Below, one piece after another: positions 47,371 through 61,771 of a DNA stretch of 64,000 nucleotides. This stretch comes from Azolla caroliniana (taxonomy: Eukaryota > Plantae > Polypodiophyta), in NCBI GenBank assembly GCA_043228905.1, contig JBHGNT010000001.1, positions 12,152,001-12,216,000 on the forward strand, read 5' to 3'. Numbering within the stretch: the stretch's first letter is position 1; each line of letters starts with the position of its first letter. The notes under the pieces are model-generated. The model searched no databases and was not told the DNA's origin. It was given only the letters and a program-made list of their open reading frames with translations. A program made the translations under genes and the position numbers.

Positions 47371-50300
47371 TTAATCACTTGCAGTGGTATTGTTATAATT
47401 TTCATCACCTGTATAGAGCTCGCTGCTATCTTCCAATTGCTCCTTTGTCTTCCTTCCGTTCTGTCCCAATGTATGTACCTCCATAGAAGACCCCAATAAC
47501 TCTATCAATCTATCATGTAGTTCTGTCTGTTCAGTGACGTGATGTTCTTTATTTGGAACACTACGAATTGGTACATTGCTTCCCACATTAAGACCTCGCC
47601 GTCGCCAATAGTCCATTCCCGGACAAATACCCTGGTAAAACCAAAAAGACTAAGCTTCAAGTACAATGGTGGAACTACAATGCAATATTCAAGAATGGTT
47701 GAGATCTATAACATGGTCACTCTAAATTAGACGTGTACCTTCAACAGAACTACAATACATTACTCCAAATCACACCATAATCACACAACCCCACAGTGAA
47801 GCTAATGATACTCCAGGTATATCTAAAGTGTCTTCCAATGCATGTGATAATACGTCAAACATGTTTGCACAACATTACATGTATATCTTCTATGGATCCA
47901 CTTACAATCACAGAAATACAATACATGATGACACCACACAAACATTAGACACATACCTTCAGCAGAATTAAAGATACTGCAGGTTTATTCAGACCACCTT
48001 TCAATGCACAGTGAATGGTACTCGAATATAATCATGACATAAAATAAATCTCTTCAATGAAGGTGTCTACAAACATACATAACAACGTACGATGTCTCCA
48101 ATACAATCACACGGCATAAGGAACATACCTTCAGTTGAGCTAAAGATACTCCGGGTATATCTGAACCCTCTTTCAGAGGCAACATTGCATAAACACTTCC
48201 ATTGGAGACCTGCTTATCTATTGTATCAAAACATTCGGGGGTGAAATTGGTTCCCACACACATATCGTTATTGATTGATTGTTGATTGCAGTAGCTTCCA
48301 AGGTATGTACAATGTTCAGCAAATAAAGATATCTCTGGGGTCATAGGAAACAAATGTCCCTCTGTACTGAATACATACCTGGAATGAACATAAATATTCC
48401 TTTTTCTCATTTTGGATATTATTCTCTCTAATAATACATTATTAGAGGGGCATCAATATTCTAGAGTGATCCTCATTCACTCTCTCTCTAATATAGATGT
48501 CTCCTCCAACAATGTGGAGGAGACATCAATATTCTCAGAAGCACATGCATGGATAAGTGATATATTTATCATGCCTTGCAACATGGTCTGCCCTACGAAT
48601 GGACTACATATTAGATTAGACCTTTACATAAAGGTAGAAACGTAAATAATGTAAATAATGATTGAACCATCATGGTCGGCTTGCTAATGGTAGAACTATT
48701 TGGATATATAATGGAATCAAAGATAAGTGCACGGGCTGAAAAAAAAAGATAAAAGAGCTAATGAACAAGTTGATGATGATTAGAATAAATGGTTGCCAAA
48801 TTTGTAAAGGAAGAGGCCATTGAAGAAGGTTACATGGAATGTAGTCATCACGTTTTTCTTGTATCCAGATACTTTTCGCTAACAATTTAGGAGATACACA
48901 AAAACTTATGAGGGCATTGCAAAAGTTTTGTATACATACAAGATTAAGTGTCAACAGCAATAAAACTAATATTATGATTGTGAAGAGCCCAAAAAAAGAT
49001 AAACCATGCATTATATACAATAATGAGCCACTTGAAATTGTGGAAAGTTTCAAATACGTTGGCCTTGAAGCTCCTTCAATCATAGATGGAATGAATGTGT
49101 CACCCACCATTTAGAGGCAAGAAAAAGAGCAAATTATACATTTGAGTACACATAGAATCATGGAGAAATTAAGTGTTGGTTCTTCAACGCTTACACATTG
49201 TACAACATATGTTATACCTAACAACAAAACCATATTCTTCGCTGAACAGAGAAACCACACACATCAATACATGGTAGAGTCCATTCCATTGTCTGCCATC
49301 TGAACCATTGCTTCCATGAGACTTAGCTCACACACACTACTAAGTTAGATGCACAAGTGACGAGAGTAATAGACTATGCACAATTTGCTCAAAACAAGTA
49401 TCACATTTGATAGAATGCTTTGTGTTTGACCACATTTGACTATGTTTTCCAAACATCTTCGACCAAACCTAATCTTTGCACGAATCTATCTCACAATGAC
49501 AAAGTGCACTCTTGATCACAACATTCATTAGTCAAGTTCTTCAATATCAAGAGTCACTACTCACTTTCACATGTAGTATGTGAAATGTAATATTTATGGT
49601 CTCATGGATCATATTTGACCTCTGAAGCAATAATAAAATCTATCTATTTATCTCTCTCCCCCAAACCTAATCTTTGCACGAATTTATCTCACAATGACAA
49701 AGTGCACTCTTGATCGCAACATTCATTAGTCAAGTTCTTCAATATCAAGAGTCACAACTCACTTTCACATGTAGTATGTGAAATGTAATATTTATGGTCT
49801 CATGGATCATATTTGACCTCTGAAGCAATAATAAAATCTATCTATTTATCTCTCTCCCTCTCAACCACTAACACCTCCAAATATGTGACAAGCCTAAAGA
49901 AAGTGGATGGATATTTTAACGAGCCTTGAGAACCCCAATTTGATTACTCAAACAAGAAGCTCTAACACAACAATTATCATATTACAATATCGAACCTCTA
50001 TTCTTGTTGAAGAAGATAATAGATACCTTCAAGTTGAATATAAAGCAATGAGGCTGAAGATTGCCGATGATGAAGAGGGTGACGTTAATCCTAAACCCGA
50101 GAACGTCACAGCCAAGTTTATAGAAAGGTTGGTGGAAATTATTAAGGAGCCAATAAAGGTAGAATTGGCACAAGAAGACGAATTCAACAGCTTACATAAT
50201 ACTAAAGATGAACTAAAGAAAGATTGGGTTGAAGTAGTTAAAGGAAAAGTAAAAATAGAAATTGAAGCAAAGTAGTTTGGGGCTGGCTAAGTAGCAAATG

Positions 50301-53300
50301 TGATAAGGAATCCAACTTAAACCCACTGGGAAGAGTGTACCAACCAAGAAAAGTGGATTGCTAAGAAGGACGCAGACTACATCACACATGCAAGCAGCAA
50401 GGGAATCAATATATTAGGAAGAGCCATCCACATTCTTCATTACACTGCATTATCTTGGGCATTGAACCTCATGCAGATGTACAACATCATCTCAATGCCC
50501 TTGATAGTTTGTGCGGCCAAAAAGAGCTCACTGTAAACCTATCAAATACTAAGGTCATGATCTTTTAGACATTCACACCAATTTACAACCAACCAGCGAG
50601 CAAATTCACGTTGTGGATTCCTATGTCTTAGTAGGAGTCACATTTACAAGCAGAATTCTATCAACCCAAGCTGCTTAACGCTATGCAACTCTAACCATGC
50701 TAGAATGACAATGCTGGTAGGCACAACTCCGAAAGCCTTGTACCAAAGTATGGTCATTCAACACCAACAAATCCATACCGTCATGTATGGAGCAGCCATA
50801 TTGGCTCTGGGCCTCCCCATGTACACATGGATACAACTAGAGCATCCATTAGTCCTGAGGTTTTCACAGATGATGCGCAGAGAGGACTCCACCCCACAGG
50901 AAATCATCTAAGCTGAATTTACCACATCCCCCCCATGATGGTAGAAGCATTATTCCAAACAATCAACCTAATCAACTGGATCCAAACCATGCAAATTCAA
51001 AATAATTACACAAAGCATTTGATGCTTCATCCAAGTAAATGGAGACAATAGAACATGGGGAAGGGGCATGATACAAAGGTGATGAGTAGATCAACAACAA
51101 TGGCCTTGACATTGAGAGCTTTCACCCTTTCAATACAGTACACCTCTCGAAAATGATGAACAGAACAAGATATTGTGGAAATATCTATGCCAATTCTATA
51201 CCTAAAGGACTTGGATCACACCATGGGAGACTCTTCCCCTCCCTAAAATGGCTGACTACAAAGATCATTTTGGGAACTTCTCACATGATGGATTCATACA
51301 AAGACCAAGGTACATGAACATCTACATGGCCCATAGTGCTGACAAAGAAATAAGCCAACTCACTGTTTCCTCCCACAACTAGAAGACTAAACAAGAGATT
51401 ACATCTTTAAAATGTTGTCTTGAATAGCAAACCAAAATAAATGTAGTTAAGTAAAAAAGTAAATAGAAATGGAATAAAATGTGACTAAAGAATCTCGTCA
51501 TCTATATTGTAAGGTTCCGAAGTCAGATATATTGTAATTTTTGTATTCAAAAGATCCAGAATGGAGAGATCTCCAACATGAGGGAAGCACCTGCAATGGT
51601 GGGAGATAATGGCCTTTTTGTCAATGACAAAAGTGGTGAGATCATGATCCATGAGGCAGGGCCCTAGTGCATGATAAACTGCTATAGCCCGATCTATTGT
51701 AACCCCTTGCAATGAATGCAATGTCTTCATTGGTAGAGACAATGAGCATTTTGTGTACTTTGAGCCAAAAGATTTTGCAAATTATGTGCAGGAGAGGTCA
51801 AGAGGGGGGGAAAAAGAATAGGGTGATCCAAGATGATACCATTAAATTCGATAATTAAAGTACACGGATCAGCCCCATACATCTCGTGGTAGGAAGATGG
51901 TCACTACTCTAGCTCATGTGCTTTCTGGTGTGATAGGGCAGCTCAGGACCTCTTCACATCAGTTAGAAATTGAGAGCACATAAAGCCATTATCATCAAGC
52001 AACAAAGGTGCTTCTCTTGCTTTGGAGATCTCTTCATCTTGGAGAAGCCCATGTTGAAGATTTTTCGGAGACATAAGTTTCAGTCTATGTAAGTTCAGAA
52101 TCTTAGGTTCTTGGATAGATAGATATATATATTCTGTAGTACGCTATGTTTTAAGTTATATTTATTTTGGATTCTTGTCATCAAAGACCAGAAAACATTG
52201 TACTATGTAATCTCTTGTTTCATCTTTAGGCCATTTTGGCCTCATAAAAGGCATTAATAACAAGACACTCACGGATAGGGACCATTTTCCACCAGATTAT
52301 CACCGCCAACTGCTAGATCAAAGAGGAGCCAAAGATATTTCACCTGAAACGTAGAGATTTTAATTAATGACACTTGATAATCATTCTCCATGATTTTAGT
52401 GTATATAATTTACAAGTTTATAACCAAAAGTTACACATCTAACATTTTCACTTTGCTTCAATCACATTTAATCATTTTAACTTACTGTTTCTGAAAGAAA
52501 GAAGCTCTCCATGTGATCATCTTTCACATGCGTTTCAACATCTGCAATGTGACAGTATCCACATGGACAATGTGTCCCATACTGTAAGCTGGTAATTATA
52601 TCACGGCCTACATCTAAATACCTATCAGAGAAAATAATGATGATCAAAGATAAAAAAAAGTAACAAAGGTAACGGAAATTATTAAGAGTAGACATCAGTC
52701 TCATCCATACATTGGATCTCTAGTTGCCTTATATAACCAATAAGTGCTTTCTATTAATTCAGGTCGTAGAGGATATCCTCGTTGTCCTGGCTGAATAAGA
52801 CCATAGATACAAGGTGAATGGTTGCGTGCATGTTCAAGGTGAGCATGAAGAGAGATCTAGAAACACATGTATGGTTAAGCACACATTGGGATTACCTGAA
52901 CAGTTGAGGATGCCAAGTTGAAACCCTCGGGAGTAAACCCATATTTTTTCCACACACTGAAAAAAGCTCTGTGTGTGCGTATTGCTGGCTGTAAATCCCC
53001 AGCAAGAACCTATCATAGAATACTGTAAGGCTTCAGCCAAGAACACCATGAAAAGATTATTGCTTCTACAAACAAAATCTCAAATGACACATTTCCATAT
53101 TGAAACATATGATTATAAAACATAGCCAAATTCTTAAGTTTTATTGTCTCAGACTTAACAAAATAAACCCAAACTAAATACCAAAGTCCATCTGACGAGC
53201 AGGCACATTTCCATATTGAAACGTATGTTTATAAAGCATGGCCAAATTCTCAAGTTTTATTGTCTTGGACTTAATAAAATAAACTCAAGCTAAATGCCAA

Positions 53301-56300
53301 AGTCCATCTGACAAGCAGAGGAGCCTTCTTATTTACTTTTTTATTCACTTTCTGTAGTAGGGGTATATTAGACGGATATATTCAGACATGGGAGTACATT
53401 TACTATTGCATCTGTGTGTAAGTAAGTCACAAGATCCTACAAAAAACAAGTTTGCATGAAGATAAGGGCTCTGCTCCAGAATCTAGACCCTGATCCAACA
53501 TACAACATCCTCTGCTAGAAAGATTTTGAGATCACTATCATTTTCTAGAGTTCTCTCCTCTTCATCATCTTAAATTCTCTTTATTTCAAACTTCAAAATC
53601 CTACAATCAACAATGAAGCTGTTAGAGATTATCTCATGGAGCATACGAACATAAAAACGTCCATACAGAAAAATTTCTTTTGGAAAGTTTTCCCTATACT
53701 TCAAGCAGAACTTGAAATTGGTTTCCTTTGGTAGAAAAGACCAGAGCTATTCCCTATTTTCGAACCATCAATAATGAAGAAATCTTAGCTTGATATTGAA
53801 TTGTTTGATTTGACTTCATCAAGGTTATTTGTCTCACACATCATGTAGCATAAATGGATATGTCTTGGACAACATATATTAAATTTAAAAATATATATAT
53901 AAAAATTTGGATAAGTGAGCAAATGACTAAATTACAATGAGTAGCATGCAAATGAGTCAAATGTGCATCCTATTGGACAAGACAACATAAATTCAACCAA
54001 AACAGCTGTTGGGCTAACTTGCTTTCAACTTAACAAGAAACAATTGCTTGCTAAAAACAAGTTATGTGCATCAATTTCTACAAATTTGAACAAAAAATCA
54101 TCTGAAAATCCTCGAAATACAATTAAAACGATAGACCATTAGCTGCATGAAACAATGCTTTTTAGTATATGTATATTTGCACAAATAAGTGTGCCATTAT
54201 ATAAGCTTGCATAGTTTCCTGTGCTTACTCATCCTAGGGAAAAACTATACAGATGCCCTCTACAACTATTGACAACATCAATGGCAACAATATTACAAGT
54301 ATTACCTGCAAACCAGGCCAAAACGCCTGCAAACTATTGAATAAAGGCCATACTACCACAGCAGAATTCATGTTAACCTCCCAATACCTAATAAATCATT
54401 AACAAATTGTTGAAGACTAAATCAACTTTCGATTTTAGCAAGAACTGCACAAGCAAATAATAATGTGTTATGTGTATAACATTGCCCATAAGGGCTAGAA
54501 ATATGCCCATTAAGGTAGATAAAATTAATACAACTGTAGTGTGGACAAGTTTCCTAGGTTCAAATACCTATATAAGGAGAAAATTACCCCCCATATACAC
54601 TTTTATATTCTTCCATTCAATCGATCACCTATTGCTTAAGACTCTTCCCTTCATATATACTATAATGGTTTGCTAAGGCTTCCATCTATGCAAGATGCAT
54701 CTACTTCATCATTCAGATGATTAAATCTACGTAGGTAAGCCACAACTCATAGCAATAGATATAATCTCTACTCCCACTCACATTCAAACATACACCATAA
54801 TCATTCCTGTAATTATTATAATGAAGAAGAATACCATGGATCATTGTGAAGATATCGCATAGCAGCTTTATACGCTTCATTGAAGATGTACAAATACTCT
54901 TCATCTCCTAATAATAGGTATGCCTAAGACAAAAAAACAAAAAACCAGTTGTATTGATGTATAAAAGATAGCACAAATAAAATAAATGGGTATCAAGCGA
55001 GTTTGTGCAAAAAAAATCTAACTTTCCATAAAGATAAACAAGGTAAATCAAGCTTACCTTTAGCAGATATTCATAGAATGAATCTATACTTGTGCCAATG
55101 CCAGCATCCTGCCAAGAAATTAAAAACCTCACTTCTGAAAGACAAGTAAAACCCACAAAGTAGATCATATGATGTATAGCTTATTATACTTTGTGTGTCC
55201 ACTCTCCAGAGAAAACATTAATATGTGCTCCAACAAGACCGAGCTGTGACCGTTTATTCCATAATCCCCTCACTGCCTTTCTAGCAACTGTCTCAAACAC
55301 TTTTATGACATAAAACTCTATGTGAGAGCAAGGTTTTCTTCCCAATGGATGCTATTTTCAGCATTCTTAAAATTATTGATCATGCAAACCAAACAGTTAC
55401 CAGGGTCCTTTGTCAATCGGCTCAATATTCCAAATTCTAGAGTTAAAGTACCACCACCTGCAGTAGATGTCACCTATGGGAAAAGAAAAGATATATGGAA
55501 TAATGTTCGCATAAAAACAGTAAATGCAAAAACATATATTTTATGTCAAGCTATGCAGATATTTGAAAATCTAAAGTGTTATTTGTACATTTGAAAGTTA
55601 TTGCTACGCAAACAAATCCCATTGCTTGCCATCATATTCTCCTCTATTGATACAGATATAAATGATGAGAAGAGTGAAAGCGAACACAAAGGAGGCATCT
55701 ATCATAGCATGCTAAAAATCTTTTACATTTATTCAAAAAAAATAAAGTAATACCAATAAAGAATAAGAGAGAAACAACACACCTTACTTTCATCATCACT
55801 GACACCATACAGAAGATTCACAGATCCATATGGTATTCCTAAAACAAGTCCAACAGTTATATTGATTACAAGCTATATAAATGTGATGTAGACATAGAAT
55901 ACAATGAATTCCACCTGTGGGTGTCTCAAAAGCTGGTAACAGCCGCCGTCCTAAATCCTCTGCGAGATGCAATAACTCGTCATTGTAAGTATCAAGCTGT
56001 AATCCCTGTGATAGGTGCAATTTCAATATAGAACATTACAGAAATCACATTATTGCAAACAAAAACCACATAAGAGGCCTCACCGTAGCAGAATCCTTTG
56101 CAATAAGATGAGCTGATAAAAGTCCTCCCAATATACGTATGTTTGTTTCAAAGACAGAGACTGTCTTATTCTATATAGTAAACACACAAATATATAAATC
56201 ATTATTTTCAGTTGATAATAAGAAACAGAAACAGCGAGAATTTATGTGCCATTATATACTCCACAACACTCAAAAGTGAGGTGTACAGAAGTCACAGATG

Positions 56301-58750
56301 GCCCTTCCTCTTCCAGAGCATGTACTCAATGAGGCTTATCAAGTCATCTAAAGGTTTCTTTGACCAAGTAAACAATATTACGAAATAAAAAATCATTTGA
56401 ATCACAATTGCTTGAGCGCATAAAAAGTCCATGCATAAGATTTCCAGTTCATAAACTTATCCAAAATGCGTGTAAATGCCAACTATGGAGTACCATATTT
56501 CTTCATCAATCACAAAAAGATTCTCGGAATGCAGCTTGGAGCCTAGGTAAATTGTGTAAAATTATTTGCAGGTATTTCTTATTTATATTTATTACAAAGA
56601 CTAATTGAACTAAATATTAATGTGCATTACAATTTAAGTTCTCACCTTATCAAACTTAATGTTTTGTCCAATCCATTCTACAGCACTGGCGAAGCCAGTG
56701 CGATTGCCAAGAAGTGCAAGCATATCCAATGAATCAACCTGCTCACACATGAAAGAAAAAATTACATACTTTGAAAACTGAGCTATTTTCTTGACAGCCC
56801 AGCCTAGGGGAAGATGGTAGAATTACCAAAGTCAATGCATAACCTCCTAGGGAGTCTTCTCCACTGCAGCTTAACGGCCTCAACTCATCAAGAGGAAATG
56901 CATATTGCATATAGCCCTCAAAAGCATGATAGAACATACCTCGCACCTGCCAAAGTTAGCTTAATTTACCTCCCTATCAAAAAAGCTTACATTTTGTCTC
57001 TCATTCAAACTTTCACACAATATAAATAAATTCATGTTCATAAAACTGAAGTATACCATAACTACATCTTCAAACTATATTTTCTCACAAACCTTCTAGA
57101 GCCACTTATGTCATAATAGGAATGAAATGTTTCTTCATAAAATTGAATGATATGTATTGAAGTTTCCCAGGTTGATCATTTAATGATACATCAACATAAC
57201 AAGAAGACCAAACGAACATCAACATAATGATAGCCAGTTCTTGAACCAATTCTTGGACCTCCTACGTCAGAGATTTCATGTTCTGACCTATCAAATCTCT
57301 TCCATTACTAGAGCCCAATCCTTCTTTGAACAAATACATTCCAATTCTTCACTTTTTTCTGCACTTAAAAATGTCCCAAGAATTTCCTCTTTTTTCAACT
57401 TCGCCAAAAACACAGAGTCTAACCTCTTATTACTCATGGGTGCCAAGCTGTGTCCTACATCCCAAGTGCAATGAGCTTACTTTCTCAAAAATCAGGAGCA
57501 AATTCTGCAGTTTGAGATGACAACCGTAAAATTGCCATCCAGCTTTCCTATATAGTTCTGAATATTGATGCATTTCTGGGCAATATCTTCCAAGGTCCTA
57601 ATTAAGAAAATCACCACCATTTGGTCACTGTGATTCATGTTCCCTGTAAAATTTCATCTTGTCCACAACCAACTGGATCCTTGCTTGATTGTGCAACCCA
57701 TGGCAGCCATAGAGTATCCTCCACACTTTGGGATCTGAGGCATGGCACCCTGTCATTGTCTTCAATCAGAGACCACACCAAATGCATTACGCTCACAACA
57801 AAGTCACACATCACATCAACATTCCAACAAAATTCTTTTGTCAGTGACGGAATCATCCTCATAGATATCATTCTGCTCAACCATTTCTAACCGCTTTGGA
57901 TCATATCCAAGCACTACATCCAACAAGTCAAAAAGAATCCAAAATGGTTTGTAACTTGAACTTCCAAAAGTGTGTGTGACCCTCCATGGCCTGTTTGGCA
58001 ACTTCAAGATGAGTAAAGGAAGAATATGTGAATTGCTCTTAGGCTTCTGCTATCTAGAGCTTCCATCACGTAACTTTTGCCTGATGTAGCCACTAAACAC
58101 TGTCTCCCTCGGTCTGATCAGTGTCATAAAGTTGCATAGATCAATAAAAATCTGCATTTTGTTTTCTAGGATTTCTTTTTCTAGAGCTTCAAATTTGGCA
58201 TCATTTTAGCTCATTCAAGCTATGTAAGTGATCTTCTTTGGTCATTACAATTATTCTTGGGTTTTCTGTTCTCCAGAGTTTCCTGCTAGCATCATTTTGC
58301 CTTATTCAACCTTATTAAAACCATGAACATCCTTCCTTGGTGTTCATGACGTGTAAAAGAAGAAATTCTTCTTAGGCTTCTATTTTAGCATCCTTGAGCT
58401 TCAATGTTTTGCGGCACATAGGACACAGACTAGTCCTCTATAGATAATAAAGAACAAAAGAGAGATTTGTTTTTCAAATGTCTTCATTATTCGTAGAATT
58501 CATTTTCTCTGATGCATCTACCTTTGGTAGAAGATTATGAGAGAAATGAAAACAATAGACAGAAATCTAGTTCCACAAAAGATTGAAAAAACAAAGAAAG
58601 GGAAATTAAACGAAAGAAATAAGATTTTCTGACCTCATCGCGCAGCTGAAGGGCTTCTTCACGAGTGACAGAAGCAGCCTTGGCATCATGACGTTTGAAG
58701 AAGAAGAAGAAAAAGAAGAAGAGGAGGAGGAGAAGCCTTCGAGTTTCCAT
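47371..58750 (-). CDS. MNS4: GH47 class I alpha-1,2-mannosidase, EDEM-like (MNS4 type), 17 exons
   Basis: Signal peptide (exon 58750-58634), then MFYHAFEGYMQYAFPLDELRPL, SVFETNIRILGGLLSAH, AGGGTLTLEF, DAGIGTSIDSFYEYLLK, FNSLQAFWPGLQ, YPLRPELIESTY, HMESFFLSETVKYL and VFSTEGH; last exon ~47632-47371. Confidence 0.93.
48880..49330 (+). mobile_element. LINE RT C-terminal fragment (RTE-like) in an MNS4 intron
   Basis: LQKFC...LSVNSNKTNIMI...LEIVESFKYVG is the RT thumb signature. Confidence 0.7.
49463..49860. repeat. 198-bp near-perfect tandem duplication of the dispersed repeat
   Basis: ccaaacctaatctttgcacg at 49463 and 49661. Confidence 0.92.
50470..51400 (+). mobile_element. Degenerate LINE RT/3' fragment in an MNS4 intron
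   Basis: HLNALDSLCGQKELTVNLSNTKVMIF-like RT thumb motif; downstream part similar to 7965-8230. Confidence 0.55.
53085..53320. repeat. ~120-bp tandem duplication in an MNS4 intron
   Basis: cacatttccatattgaaac...aaagtccatctgac occurs twice. Confidence 0.85.
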
Positions 58751-58846
58751 GATGTGAAAATTACATGAAATACATGGGCAACATACAATTACATTATACA
58801 TATATGAGTGTATGTAATAGTAATATGCTTGTAAGTTGTATGTATA

Positions 58847-59162
58847 TGTAAATTGGCAACGGCTCGGCTCAAGCCTAAACCGAACCGTTTATACGGTTTA
58901 GCGGTTCGGTTCGGTTTAGGCTTGACATTCCTTAGCTGATTCGAGCTCGGTTTGGGATGGCTCAAGCCGAACTGAACCGATTTAGTCCAAATCGATTAGC
59001 AAGCCAGTTAAGGCTTAATCGGCTTGGCTAAACCGATTTAGGAACTGGTTCGATTCAGGTTTAGAACCTCCCAAACCGGTTTCGGCTTAACCGGTTTGGT
59101 TTGGACAAGGTTTGGACAAGCCCAAACCAGTTAAGCCTAAATCAAACCATTGTCAATTACTA
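58847..59162. mobile_element. MITE-like DNA element rich in AACCG/CGGTT motifs, ~100 bp upstream of the MNS4 start codon
   Basis: Imperfect TIRs (gtaaattggcaacgg... / ...ccattgtcaattac) and many AAACCG/CGGTT motifs in both orientations, like hAT-type subterminal repeats; TSD not resolved. Confidence 0.7.
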
Positions 59163-60699
59163 TTTGTAACCCAATCATAATGTGGTTTGGTGAGGAAATC
59201 GCAGTTACGGACAGTGTAGGACACATTTCAAATGGTGTGTGCGATTTCGGCTATCAGATCATTATAATAAAAAAAAGTGCATGCCCAAAAACCAATCCGG
59301 CTCTGACCAACCTCTATCACATCTAACCTAGCTCTGACTAGCCTTTGTCATGTCTAACTCGGTTCTCCCAAGCCTATGTCACGCCTAATCTGATACAAAG
59401 TTTCTAACCTAGACTCCTTTTCTTTGACCTAGGACTAAATTTACAATCCAAGTACTCGTACCAAACCTCGCTGAAATTTCTAAAGAAACCATTTTTTTTA
59501 AACAAATCTAAGATTACCCAAAAATATCAAAAACGTTTTCAAGAAACAAAAATTTTGAGTTTTACATATAAAAACTCACCAAAACCTTGGTTCAACATTG
59601 ACTATAAACAAAATGTCATCAATATTACCCAACATTTGGGCCATCCACAAATAATTTTGAAGAATCGAGCATCCATCTCTGCAAGCAAGATAGGATTATC
59701 AAAAAGATTGAATTATTAACAAGTTGTTTCTATCTCCACTTTAGGATTATATAAATAATAGGTTGTACACTATCTCCAGAATGGCAAACATCTTTGATAG
59801 AGTGTATGCTTGTTACAAAGGATAATCAATTGATATAATCTTGTAATAGCCTACCACCTCATCTAATCCCTCCATTAAATAAGTTTTGAAGGAAAGTTGA
59901 CAAGTGTGGAAGAAACTCCATGTCTTTTAACTACATTTTCAAGAAATTGTGGCCCAACATTGGCTTCAAACAAGATATATTCATATGGCATGGTTGGAAT
60001 GTTATAGTTTCATACCTAGCAAGTTGTTCATAGTAACATTGGAAAATAAGGTGGTTCATTTATGATTTGATATACAACATACTAAATCCAACATCAAAAT
60101 TTGCATTACGTCTTCTTTAACATGTTATAGTGATGTTATACAACTTCATATACATCATATACCAAACTCTTCAAACCACATGAATGATATTTGTTGTGGT
60201 GGATTTAGGGGTTGATAGAATAATTCCATGTGGTGACCAGGCAATGAGGTAGCAAACAACAAAATAAAATTTACTTCATCGTTTTTCATTCATTGACTAG
60301 TAGCAACACAACTATGATTATCCAAGAATCACAAACTAGCAAAGGCATGAGAGTGATAATGTTGGTGTAACATGATAGCCACCCCTTTCCCCCTCACCCC
60401 CCAAAAATCTTCTTAACTAATTTGTTTATGTAAATAATTAAAGAAAGCAATGGAATACCTTTGAATCCCACGATAATTAAATTAATAATAGCCACTCTTA
60501 AAGAATGTAGAGCATTGTTTACATAACCGTAACTCCATAGGAGTTGAGTCTCACTTTGAGTTCCCACTTCACATGCAATACTTTTACAAGCTTATAATTT
60601 ATTTTTCAATAAGAAAGACTTACAACATTAACACATGTTAACGTGAAGAAGACATTTCCATTCTTCCATCATGAGTATACATGTGCATTCTATGTTAGT

Positions 60700-61010
60700 C
60701 CACCATTTATTTATTTCGATTTTCAAGCAATCAAAATTCAAGAAGATGTTAGAAAGCTAAGTAAGAGCTTCAGTCTTCTCATTAAAAAGATAGGATGTGT
60801 TAATCCTAGACTAGTGGAGCCAAAGGTGATCTTCACCATCCTACATGTACCATGGAGCCTAAAGCCAATTTTGGAGTCAAGAGCTCATATCCCCAAATTG
60901 ATAGAACTACTCATTATTAGATCCATCAATGTTGCTTATTGAAATAGGTGGTTCACAATGTTTAGAGAACATGTCCATGTGCTTCATTGAAGACTTTCAA
61001 CCTTTAAAGA
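60700..61010 (+). mobile_element. Degenerate gypsy pol fragment (pre-RT region)
   Basis: IGCVNPRLVEPKVIFTILHVPWSLKPI...AHIPKLIELL resembles the segment before RT in non-chromoviral gypsy elements of seed-free plants. Confidence 0.5.
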
Positions 61011-61771
61011 AAGTAATGATTTGCAATGCTAGACCAGGGAGGTCGAATTTTTTGTGTGGGGAGTCTTTAAAAAAAACAAATAGCGTCAAATAAAAATAAA
61101 AAGGATTCACTCACCCATCCCGAAGGAGATATAAGTACTTTTCCGCACGAGCCACGATCGGGGCCCAATCTACTCAACAAGGGTTATTTACTTGGGGTAT
61201 TACCAAATCCAGGTGGCCGTGGACAAATAGAGATATAACTATGGATTTGACATATATCACAACACATTCACTAATAGGTGTGCATATAGTGCAACGTCTA
61301 ATGATTCATATTTCCATCACATTGTCTAATAGATGAATGACACATAATGAACCATAGTTGTGCATAATGTTTTGATGAGGAATAGCTTAAGGTGTTGTAT
61401 AATGATTTCAAACATTGGTCATTAAGAAATAAAGGATTGAAATGTTCACTGTGTAATGATTTGAATCGATGGGCATTACAAGACAGAATTTAAATTGCAG
61501 GTGAGGCCAATCTCAATGTCCCGTAATGTGCAAATTTTTTGTCTCTTCCATGAGCATACAATTAAAGTGACATTCTGTAAAATACAAGTCAAAAGAAAGG
61601 TACTTACTCCCAGATCATTTTTTGAAGATTTTGTTACAAAGTGCTTCCCAATTCATCACCATAGAAAAGAAAAAGCAACTCCAATTTCAGAATATCTTCA
61701 ATTCTCGTGATGCACCAAATGCTCATAACATTCACAACTCAAAAATATTGCAATAAATTATCAAAATAACC

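Noticed and set aside
51480-52260. Possible LTR/copia 3' remnant in an MNS4 intron
   Set aside because: Purine tract and LTR-like composition only; termini and TSD not found.
61030-61250. GC-richer patch with small hairpins (TCC-CGAA-GGA) downstream of the pseudouridine synthase gene
   Set aside because: Stems are too short and no second copy exists in the window to support an RNA or element call.
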